DNA of 64,000 nt, taken from Clostridia bacterium. Its GTDB lineage: Bacteria; Bacillota; Clostridia; Oscillospirales; CAG-382. Under the pieces are notes generated by a model. It was not told where the DNA came from and searched no databases. It saw only the letters and a list, made by a program, of their open reading frames with translations. The position numbers were made by a program, and so were the translations under genes. Location of the stretch: the NCBI GenBank assembly GCA_017399965.1, contig JAFQAP010000019.1, positions 543 through 64,542 on the forward strand, given 5' to 3'. Below, piece after piece: positions 27,362-34,547 of the stretch (the stretch's first letter is position 1; the number at the start of each line of letters is the position of its first letter).

Positions 27362-28336
27362 ATGAAAACAATTAAAGGCACTTGGTTTGAATTCAAGCAT
27401 CATAATATACCTGAAGGAAAGTATTGGAACCCTATCTGCCGTAAGTTTACGGACGAACAGTGGCGCGCAAAGGTAAGAGAAATGCACCATATGGGTATGG
27501 AATACGTTGTACTTATGTGCTCATCTCTCGTTTATGAGGACAGCGCAGAGGCATATTTTAATACCGATATTTATCCGTTCCCCGAAGATATGGTCTGCAA
27601 GGATCCTATCGGCGTCCTTCTTGACGAATGCGATAAATGCGGTATGAAGGTATTCGTTTCCTGCGGCTTCTACGGCGTATGGACTCATACCTATGATAAT
27701 ATGACCTCTCCCGAAGTAACCGCACGTGCTTTCAAGGCAATGGATGAGCTTTGGGCGCAGTACGGAAACCACAAGAGCTTCTTCGGCTGGTATTTCCCCG
27801 ATGAAACCTGCATAAACGGTCATTTCCTTGAAGAGTTTATTACATACGTAAACGCATACAGCGCTCACGCACATAAAATCTCTCCCAATGCAAAGACTAT
27901 GATTGCTCCTTACGGCACCAACATTCTGGTTGCAGACGAGCAGTATGTGGATCAGCTCAAGCGTATGGATGTTGATATCGTTGCATATCAGGACGAGATC
28001 GGTGTACGCAAGTCCACACCCGAACAGACCGGCGCATATTACAAGGCTCTCCGTGCCGCACACGATGCAGCAGGCAGAAGCGCGCTCTGGGCAGATATGG
28101 AAGTATTTGAATTTGAAGCAGACGTATACCGCAGCGCACTTATCCCCGCCGCTATGGAGCGTGTGGAAAGACAGCTTGAGGCTATCTCTCCCTACGTTGA
28201 CGTTGTGCTTTGCTATCAGTATCTGGGTATGTTCAACGAACCCTCTACCATCGCATACTGCGGACATCCCGAATCTATAAGATATTTTGAAGAATATCAG
28301 GCATTCAGAAAGAAGTATGAAAATAATGAAGACTAA
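27362..28336 (+). CDS. DUF4434-like protein, paralog 2
   Basis: 324 aa, colinear with the 26308-27270 product. Roughly two thirds or more of residues are identical by eye. Confidence 0.5.
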   Translation: MKTIKGTWFEFKHHNIPEGKYWNPICRKFTDEQWRAKVREMHHMGMEYVVLMCSSLVYEDSAEAYFNTDIYPFPEDMVCKDPIGVLLDECDKCGMKVFVSCGFYGVWTHTYDNMTSPEVTARAFKAMDELWAQYGNHKSFFGWYFPDETCINGHFLEEFITYVNAYSAHAHKISPNAKTMIAPYGTNILVADEQYVDQLKRMDVDIVAYQDEIGVRKSTPEQTGAYYKALRAAHDAAGRSALWADMEVFEFEADVYRSALIPAAMERVERQLEAISPYVDVVLCYQYLGMFNEPSTIAYCGHPESIRYFEEYQAFRKKYENNED

Positions 28337-29336
28337 AATATTTGCACTCCTCCTTGCCGCGGTCATTCTGCTTTCGGCATGTGTTTCCGGCGGCGGTGAG
28401 GAAAGCAGTACTCCCGATAATTCGGTTCCTCCCGTTGAAAACAGCGCTCCCGTGGGCGAAAACAGTACTCCTGCAGAAAACAGTAACCCTGCAGAAAACA
28501 GTAACCCTGCAGAAACCAGCACTCCCGCAGGTGAGACAAGTAATCCCGCGGAAACCAGCAAGCCCGAAGAAAGCAAGCCCGAAGAAAGCAAGCCTGAGGA
28601 AAGCAAGCCCCAGGAAGAAAGCCGTCCCGAAAACAACAGCGGCATTTACTCCGGTCAGAGTATGGATACCCACGGTATGGACAGAAAGGAACTGGAGGAT
28701 TTTCTGGAAGATTCTCTGTTCGTCGGCGATTCCGTAACCGATGGCTTTAAGCTTTACGTAAACAACTACGGCAATATGCCTTACGTAAACTTTTTCTCTG
28801 CAGCTTCTTACGGCTATATCAACGCTTGTAAGGACAAAGCCACTTCCTCTTTGCACCCCAAGATAGGCGGTGAACGCAAATATATCTGGGAAGCGGTTGA
28901 ATATTACGAAGCAAAGCGTGTGTTTATCAATTTCGGGCTTAACGATTTCGGCTATATAACCGATACCAAGCTTGTCGAGTGTATGGACACCATCTGCAAC
29001 AATATAAAGGAAGTTTCTCCCGAAACAGAGATAGTATTCCTTTCCTGCGGCTTCTTTACCAAGAGCGCCAGGGATCAGGGCAAGGGCGTGGATAACGACC
29101 GTGTCCGCAACAAAAACGAAGTGGTATTGAACTACTGCGATGAAAACGGATACGATTTTATCGACGTTTCCTGGGTATATGCAGATGCAAACGGATATCT
29201 TAAGAGCGAGTATTCTTACGATAACTATTGCCATATGAAGTATGATAAATACGATTTCTGGGAAGAGATCCTTATGGCGTATGCCGCAGATAAACTGCTT
29301 AACCAGTACGAAAATATCGACACGATGTTAAAATGA
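28317..29336 (+). CDS. lipoprotein with low-complexity P/E/S/N linker and SGNH-type esterase domain
   Basis: Lipobox LLSAC after MKIMKTKIFALLLAAVI (start at 28317 or 28326). The linker reads ...ENSNPAENSNPAETS...KPEESKPEESKPEESKP. The SGNH block is FVGDSVTDG. It overlaps the end of the upstream gene. Confidence 0.6.
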   Translation: MKIMKTKIFALLLAAVILLSACVSGGGEESSTPDNSVPPVENSAPVGENSTPAENSNPAENSNPAETSTPAGETSNPAETSKPEESKPEESKPEESKPQEESRPENNSGIYSGQSMDTHGMDRKELEDFLEDSLFVGDSVTDGFKLYVNNYGNMPYVNFFSAASYGYINACKDKATSSLHPKIGGERKYIWEAVEYYEAKRVFINFGLNDFGYITDTKLVECMDTICNNIKEVSPETEIVFLSCGFFTKSARDQGKGVDNDRVRNKNEVVLNYCDENGYDFIDVSWVYADANGYLKSEYSYDNYCHMKYDKYDFWEEILMAYAADKLLNQYENIDTMLK

Positions 29337-30883
29337 TAAGACTTTACGATATATCCCTGCCGCAAGGCAGGGATTTGCCCTCATATATACAAAATAAATA
29401 CGGTAATGTTTCTTTTTCTATTTACCGCCGAAGCATAGACGCCCGCAGAGGCAGACCCCTGCGCACCGTGTACACGGTTGACATAATGACAGAACGCCAA
29501 GATGAGCTTTTACGCCGTCTTAAGGGGGAAAAATATGAGCTTCTCTCTGAAGAAGGCTACGTCTGCCCTCAGAAAAGCGGTTTTTCCTGCCGTCCTGTTG
29601 TGGTGGGCTTTGGTCCTGCGGGAATGTTTGCCGCTTTGCTGCTTGCAAAAGCGGGGGCAAGACCCGTTGTGCTTGAGCGGGGCAAGGCTGTGGACGAGCG
29701 TGTTAAAAGCGTAGAGCTGTTTTGGAATACGGGTATCCTTGACCCCGAAAGCAACGTGCAGTTCGGGGAAGGGGGAGCAGGCAGCTTTTCCGACGGAAAG
29801 CTGAATACTTTGGTAAAGGATAAAAACTACCGAGGCAGATTTGTCCTTTCAACCTTCGTTTCCCACGGCGCGCCGGAGGATATTATGTACGATGCAAAGC
29901 CCCATATCGGTACCGACCTGCTTCGCGGCTGTGTAAAGGGCATACGGCAAGAGATAATCGCTTTGGGCGGAGAAGTTATATTCGGCGCACGTATGACGGA
30001 TATCTTGGTTTCGGATAACCGCGTGTCTGCCGTTAAATACGTTAAAAACGGTGAAGAGAATATTTTAAAAACGGACGCACTGTTTTTGGGCATTGGCCAT
30101 TCCGCCAGAGATACTTTTAAAATGCTTGCGGAAAAACATATTGATATGGAAGCAAAGCCCTTTTCCGTTGGTGTACGTATCGAGCATCCGAGGGAAATGA
30201 TAAACGATTCCCAGTACCGCGAGCACGCTCCCTTTTTGCCTGCCGCTTCTTATAAATTATCCCACCATACGGGTGCGGGCAGGGGAGTATATACCTTTTG
30301 TATGTGCCCCGGCGGGTACGTGGTCAACGCTTCGAGCGAAGAAAAACGGCTTGTTACAAACGGTATGAGCTACCGTGCAAGAGACGGCGTCAATTCAAAC
30401 TCCGCTGTTTTGGTTGGGCTCACCCCCGCAGATTACGGAAACGGTCTGTTCGACGGAATGTATTTCCAGCAGACCTTGGAGGAAAAGGCGTTTTTGATGG
30501 GCGGCGGTGATTTTAAAGCACCCTGCAGTACAGTGACGGCGTTTCTCGGCAGGGGAAAGGATACCTGCGCCGTTTCCCCTACCTTTTCAAACGGTGTTCG
30601 GGAAACGGATATAGCAAAGGGCTTTCCCGAATATATAACCGAATCCCTTAAAGAAGGCATAACCGCCTTCGGAAAAAAGATACAAGGCTTTGATACCTGC
30701 GGTGTTATTACCGCCGTAGAAAGCCGTTCCACCTGCCCCGTAAGAATAGTTCGGGATGAAAACGGTGTTGCCTCCATTGGCGGCTTGTATCCCATCGGCG
30801 AAGGCGCAGGCTATGCGGGCGGCATAATGTCCGCCGCAATGGACGGTATGAAAGCCGTGGAGAATTATTGTAAACAGGTATGA
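29333..30883 (+). CDS. FAD-dependent protein (COG2509-type NAD(FAD)-utilising dehydrogenase)
   Basis: 516 aa. It has the dinucleotide-binding motif VVVGFGPAGMFAALLLAKAG..VVLERG and a C-terminal ...PIGEGAGYAGGI motif typical of this family. Confidence 0.7.
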   Translation: MIRLYDISLPQGRDLPSYIQNKYGNVSFSIYRRSIDARRGRPLRTVYTVDIMTERQDELLRRLKGEKYELLSEEGYVCPQKSGFSCRPVVVGFGPAGMFAALLLAKAGARPVVLERGKAVDERVKSVELFWNTGILDPESNVQFGEGGAGSFSDGKLNTLVKDKNYRGRFVLSTFVSHGAPEDIMYDAKPHIGTDLLRGCVKGIRQEIIALGGEVIFGARMTDILVSDNRVSAVKYVKNGEENILKTDALFLGIGHSARDTFKMLAEKHIDMEAKPFSVGVRIEHPREMINDSQYREHAPFLPAASYKLSHHTGAGRGVYTFCMCPGGYVVNASSEEKRLVTNGMSYRARDGVNSNSAVLVGLTPADYGNGLFDGMYFQQTLEEKAFLMGGGDFKAPCSTVTAFLGRGKDTCAVSPTFSNGVRETDIAKGFPEYITESLKEGITAFGKKIQGFDTCGVITAVESRSTCPVRIVRDENGVASIGGLYPIGEGAGYAGGIMSAAMDGMKAVENYCKQV

Positions 30884-30885
30884 AA

Positions 30886-30911
30886 AAACACCGCCGAAGA
30901 CGGTGTTTTTG
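30886..30911 (+). terminator. rho-independent terminator
   Basis: AACACCG-CCGAAGA-CGGTGTT followed by TTTT. Confidence 0.65.
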
Positions 30912-30913
30912 CG

Positions 30914-31080
30914 GTGAAGTTTGGGCTTGTGCCCAAGTGAAGTTATGCTGTGCATAGTGAAGTTTTGTGCTGTCGCACAAAGTGAAGTTAAGTTTGCCGC
31001 TTCGCCGTAAGGCGAAACTTCACTGCCGCAGGCAACTTCACTGCCATAGGCAACTTCACTTGTCCGTAAGGGCAAACTTA
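30914..31080. repeat. dyad-symmetric octamer plus mini-hairpin array (block B, motif GTGAAGTT)
   Basis: GTGAAGTT at 30914, 30937, 30957 and 30982. Inverted AACTTCAC at 31016, 31034 and 31052, with a degenerate copy near 31076. Every interval is a different small hairpin. Confidence 0.8.
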
Positions 31081-31086
31081 GTTCCG

Positions 31087-31131
31087 CCAAAACAAAAACA
31101 CCCCACATAAAGTGGAGTGTTTTGTTTTGGG
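31087..31131 (-). terminator. terminator-like long hairpin downstream of the lipoprotein gene
   Basis: CCAAAACAAAACACTCCAC-loop-GTGGGGTGTTTTTGTTTTGG on the minus strand, with a T-rich 3-prime arm and tail. Confidence 0.5.
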
Positions 31132-31155
31132 AACTCACCCTAATTTTGATACAAA

Positions 31156-31224
31156 TGCACCCCCTTTTGAGGTTAGGGGGTGCAAAGTCATTTTAGGGGG
31201 TGCATATTTGAGTCAGGGGGTGCA
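31156..31224. repeat. AGGGGGTGCA direct repeats x3 at exact 20-nt period, plus one inverted copy
   Basis: AGGGGGTGCA at 31175, 31195 and 31215. The reverse complement TGCACCCCCT is at 31156-31165. Confidence 0.85.
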
Positions 31225-31231
31225 ACCGCAC

Positions 31232-31945
31232 TTAATCACCCATCGGTTTAAAAACTGGCGCTCCATTTTCGACAACTACTGAGCCAATAACACCCGTTGC
31301 AGTATAAGACAAATCTGCAAGGTTATCGCCGTTGACTTCTATGTTTGCGCTGTAGACTTGATAATAAATGGGAAGGTCTTGGGGATCTTTTGACGAAAAC
31401 GAGGGCGAAACAGCCGCTACAAACAGATCTACTGAAGGATTGTCGGTAGTTGAAGTATCATAAATAACAATGGATTCCTTTGTGGTTGTATTAAAAACGG
31501 ATATTATAGAACGGTGTAATCCCGAACCCCATGAAGAAGCAACCAATAAATCGAGATTCCCATTTTCGTCATAATCCCAAGGTACGGCATTTACAAAACC
31601 GTAGCCACCAAAGGACTCACAAATAGAATATACCTCACCATCAATTAGTGCAAGCGAGATGCAGGAATCGCTGAACTTAAAAATCTTGATATCTGTCTGG
31701 GCGGCAACAGAAAGCGGGGTGACATTGTAGCAATGTTCCTTATCAAGCGTCATTCCGGTAGACAAACCACCCAATTCCACCTCGCCAATAATTGACATAA
31801 ATTCATCTACGGAATCCTTAGTGCATGATGTAGTCATATAGTCGACATTGCTTTCGTTTTTATCTGAATTATCGGTGTTTGTTTGACAAGCCGTCAAAGA
31901 AATCAATACAATTCCTGTTAGAAGCAAGCAGAATAGGCGTTTCAT
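31232..31945 (-). CDS. hypothetical lipoprotein (FG-GAP/VCBS-like beta-propeller flavour)
   Basis: Start at Met15 of the ORF (MKRLFCLLLTGIVLISLTAC, lipobox). WDYDENGNLDLLVASSWGSG resembles an FG-GAP repeat. Family not firmly recognised. Confidence 0.5.
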   Translation of the reverse strand: MKRLFCLLLTGIVLISLTACQTNTDNSDKNESNVDYMTTSCTKDSVDEFMSIIGEVELGGLSTGMTLDKEHCYNVTPLSVAAQTDIKIFKFSDSCISLALIDGEVYSICESFGGYGFVNAVPWDYDENGNLDLLVASSWGSGLHRSIISVFNTTTKESIVIYDTSTTDNPSVDLFVAAVSPSFSSKDPQDLPIYYQVYSANIEVNGDNLADLSYTATGVIGSVVVENGAPVFKPMGD

Positions 31946-32010
31946 TGCAGATAACCTCCTAAATAATTTATAATTAAAGCATAGCATACAAATATGAACA
32001 TTTCAACATT

Positions 32011-32098
32011 TTAACGATTATCGGCTACAATTTAACGATTGCCTCTATAAATCAACGATTATTGTTATGATTTAACGATTATCTGTCTTTTAACGATT
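32011..32098. repeat. five direct TTAACGATT repeats at 18-21 nt period, upstream of the lipoprotein gene
   Basis: TTAACGATT at 32011, 32032, 32072 and 32090, with TCAACGATT at 32052. Confidence 0.85.
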
Positions 32099-32106
32099 TG
32101 AAGTGA

Positions 32107-32284
32107 GTGAAATATTTGCCTTGCGGCAAATGTGAAATAATTTACTCCGTAAATTGTGAAATTTGATGCTTTCGCATCAAGTGAAATGAAATAAATCCTC
32201 TCACGCCCGCAGGCATTTCACATTGCGAAGCAATATTTCACACGCGAAGCGTATTTCACAAATCCCGCAAGGGATTTATTTCGT
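32107..32284. repeat. dyad-symmetric heptamer plus mini-hairpin array (block C, motif GTGAAAT)
   Basis: GTGAAAT at 32107, 32132, 32156 and 32181. Inverted ATTTCAC at 32215, 32235 and 32253, with ATTTCGT at 32278. The intervals are distinct hairpins. Confidence 0.85.
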
Positions 32285-32286
32285 TG

Positions 32287-32325
32287 AAAAAGACCTATGC
32301 TTTGTATCAAAGCATAGGTCTTTTT
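32287..32325 (-). terminator. terminator immediately 3-prime of tRNA-Ser(GGA) (bidirectional hairpin)
   Basis: AAAAAGACCTATGCTTT-GTA-TCAAAGCATAGGTCTTTTT is a long perfect stem with A/T runs on both sides. Confidence 0.75.
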
Positions 32326-32326
32326 C

Positions 32327-32418
32327 TGGCGGAAAGAGAGGGATTCGAACCCTCGGAACGGTATTAGCGTTCACACGATTTCCAGTCGTGCGCCTTAGAC
32401 CAGCTCAGCCATCTTTCC
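32327..32418 (-). tRNA. tRNA-Ser (anticodon GGA), class II, CCA encoded
   Basis: Minus-strand read begins GGAAAGATGGCTGAGCTGGTCTAAGGCGCACGACTGGAAATCGTGTGAACGCTAATACCGTTCC and ends GAGGGTTCGAATCCCTCTCTTTCCGCCA. Acceptor GGAAAGA/TCTTTCC, anticodon stem CACGA/TCGTG with loop CTGGAAA, variable arm GAACG/CGTTC. Confidence 0.9.
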
Positions 32419-32621
32419 ATATTAAGTTCAAGCGGTTTCCGCTCGTGCTTTGCAATTATATCACACCTGACAGCGCTTGTCAACAGTTATTTTTCTTATT
32501 TTTAAATATATATTCACATAAATTTTGCCGGAAAATCAAAAACGCTCTTGATTTTTTGCGTTATTTATTTTATAATGTATTCAGCAAAACTTGAAGTTTT
32601 GAGAAAGAAAAGGAGAAAATT

Positions 32622-34145
32622 ATGAAAAAGTCTATTATTGCTGCTCTTCTGAGCATCGCACTTGTACTTGTAATGGTTTTCGCTCTCGTTCCCGCTACTG
32701 TTTCCGCAGCAAGCGCTAACGCAGAATACGATCTCCCTTACAACAGCATCGCACCCAAGATCGACGGTGTTGTAGGAACCGGTGAATATTCCACCCTTCC
32801 TTTCCATAAGGTTGATTACAACAGCGACGAATTTCTTGATGAATTTGACACTGACCATTCTATCAATGCAGAATTCTACGCTTGCTGGGACAGCGAAGCT
32901 ATGTACCTTGCTTGGGTAGTTTATTCCGAGCTTGAAGCATACTCTTCCCCCGTTTACGGCGCAGACAACCTGGGCAGCATGTGGCAGCACTGCTGCATTC
33001 AGGTAATGTACACTCCCTACCATCCTACTGATGCAGAAGAAGTTGCTCCCGGTACTTTTACCGGCGACTACCTTGAGCTTGGTGTTACCATGCACGAAGG
33101 TCAGACCCCCATTAAGTGCGTATGGAACGCTTCCAATACTCAGACCGGCATCGGTTCTGCTGACTGGGATTTCGCAGGTAACGTAGAAACAACTACCGAT
33201 GGTATCGTTGCTACATACGAAATCAAGTTCCCCTGGAAGGCTTCCGGCCTTGAATCCGTTGGTAACGGCACTCAGATCGGTCTCGGCTACGCTATCGGCG
33301 ACCAGACCAACTTTAACGATCATAACAACATGGCAGAGTGGATGGACTGCATTCTTGGTAACGGCGGTAAAAAGGTTCCCAAGAACCTTGCTATCATCAC
33401 TCTCGCAGGTAACAAAAACGATGATCCTATCGAAATTTCCGATGTAAGCTTCGCAGGAACCGAAAGTGTTGACATTCCCGTTGCACCCGGCAACATCGAC
33501 GTTAACTCTATCCCCGCAGACGCTACCGCAGTTCTCCAGCAGACTCCCTTCAACACCGGTATCGTTGCAGGCTCTTCCACCATCATCACCGACCTTTCCA
33601 AGGTTAATGATTACAACGTTAAGTGGGCAGCTACCGCTCACCTCAGACCTACCGATGCAGCAGGCGTATACGAAGTAGTAGAAATCGTATGGGGCGGCGG
33701 AAATGAGATCACCTTTGCTAACGAAGTTCAGGAAGGCGATATCGCTCTCGCAGTTCACGGCGACGACAGCACCGATCCCAACTCCGAATCCTGCCAGAAG
33801 AGAGAAGCTCTCCGCGCTCTCGTAGCAGGCGACCTCGTAACCTTCCTCGGCTACGATTTCGAAACCAAGCTTTTCGCTACCAACGCTGTTGTTTACTACG
33901 GCAACACTGTTACCGAAGACGAATCTTCCGTTGAACCTTCCGATGAGCCCTCTGAAGAGCCCTCCGAAGAGCCCTCCAAGGATGAATCCAAGGAAACCGA
34001 ATCTTCTACTCCCGTAGTTGACGAATCCAAGGACGACAGCGAAGGCGGCAACACCGGTCTTATCATCGGTATCGTTGCAGGCGTAGTTGCAGTTATCGCA
34101 GTTGTTGTGGTAGTTGTTATCGTTCTTAAAAAGAAAAAGGCATAA
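32622..34145 (+). CDS. cell-surface protein: signal peptide, CBM9/DOMON-like region (weak), acidic PSEEP linker, C-terminal TM anchor
   Basis: 507 aa with a signal peptide ending ...VSAASA. The segment ...IAPKIDGVVGTGEYS... resembles CBM9-like modules. The linker EPSDEPSEEPSEEPSKDESKE precedes the TM helix GLIIGIVAGVVAVIAVVVVVVIVL followed by KKKKA. Confidence 0.55.
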   Translation: MKKSIIAALLSIALVLVMVFALVPATVSAASANAEYDLPYNSIAPKIDGVVGTGEYSTLPFHKVDYNSDEFLDEFDTDHSINAEFYACWDSEAMYLAWVVYSELEAYSSPVYGADNLGSMWQHCCIQVMYTPYHPTDAEEVAPGTFTGDYLELGVTMHEGQTPIKCVWNASNTQTGIGSADWDFAGNVETTTDGIVATYEIKFPWKASGLESVGNGTQIGLGYAIGDQTNFNDHNNMAEWMDCILGNGGKKVPKNLAIITLAGNKNDDPIEISDVSFAGTESVDIPVAPGNIDVNSIPADATAVLQQTPFNTGIVAGSSTIITDLSKVNDYNVKWAATAHLRPTDAAGVYEVVEIVWGGGNEITFANEVQEGDIALAVHGDDSTDPNSESCQKREALRALVAGDLVTFLGYDFETKLFATNAVVYYGNTVTEDESSVEPSDEPSEEPSEEPSKDESKETESSTPVVDESKDDSEGGNTGLIIGIVAGVVAVIAVVVVVVIVLKKKKA

Positions 34146-34185
34146 GTCTTAAAAATTAAAGTTCATATATAATATATTGACTTTT

Positions 34186-34223
34186 CCGTCGGACATAGCT
34201 ATAATATGTCCGACGGTATTTTT
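34186..34223 (+). terminator. rho-independent terminator
   Basis: CCGTCGGACAT-loop-ATGTCCGACGG followed by TATTTTTT. Confidence 0.75.
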
Positions 34224-34248
34224 TCGGCACTCACATTTGGCGCAGACC

Positions 34249-34397
34249 CAAAAACGCAAAAAATAATATATATTTCTGTTTAGCAAATTCCCACAATGTA
34301 GGGCAGGGGCTTGCTCCTGCCGCTTTAATCACAAGTAATAGGCAAAAATTTTTCCGACGAAAATCGTCTTCAAAATTTTATTTAATTTGCGTTTTTG
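34249..34397. repeat. MITE-like element bounded by a 12-bp inverted repeat (copy 1)
   Basis: CAAAAACGCAAA (34249-34260) pairs with TTTGCGTTTTTG (34386-34397). The interior carries a GTAGGG hairpin (34298-34322) and GACGA-AAA-TCGTC. It is related to the 48198-48367 element. Confidence 0.5.
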
Positions 34398-34547
34398 TAG
34401 AAATTTTAACCTTCCACCCCACGAATGCTGTTCGCATTCGCAGGGACCCCGGAATCTTCGCTAGCTGTAGATTACTACAGCACGCTCGTTAAAATTCCTT
34501 CTGCATCCAAATGTGCGCACCGTATTTATTTTTGGGAGGTATTTTTT

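Noticed and set aside
27521-28645. 374-aa ORF on the minus strand (and the 28305-29234 minus-strand ORF)
   Set aside because: It is antisense to DUF4434 paralog 2 and the lipoprotein gene. The repetitive LLSSG/LLFSAG segment is just the reverse complement of the PEES/ENSNPA linker repeats.
30914-32284. CRISPR array hypothesis for the motif/hairpin blocks
   Set aside because: The repeated motif is only 7-8 nt and the intervening units are 11-18 nt palindromes. Motif orientation flips mid-array, and there are no cas genes or leader. This is incompatible with CRISPR.
32223-32594. 123-aa plus-strand ORF
   Set aside because: It spans repeat block C, a terminator hairpin and tRNA-Ser(GGA) on the opposite strand. 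Spurious.
32565-33758. 397-aa ORF on the minus strand
   Set aside because: It is antisense to the 507-aa surface-protein gene, which has a signal peptide, a linker and a TM anchor. Shadow ORF.
34425-34547. N-terminal extension of the galU ORF
   Set aside because: The extension is translated repeat sequence (R1 and R3 elements). ATG at 34548 with a GGGAGG RBS gives the canonical GalU start.
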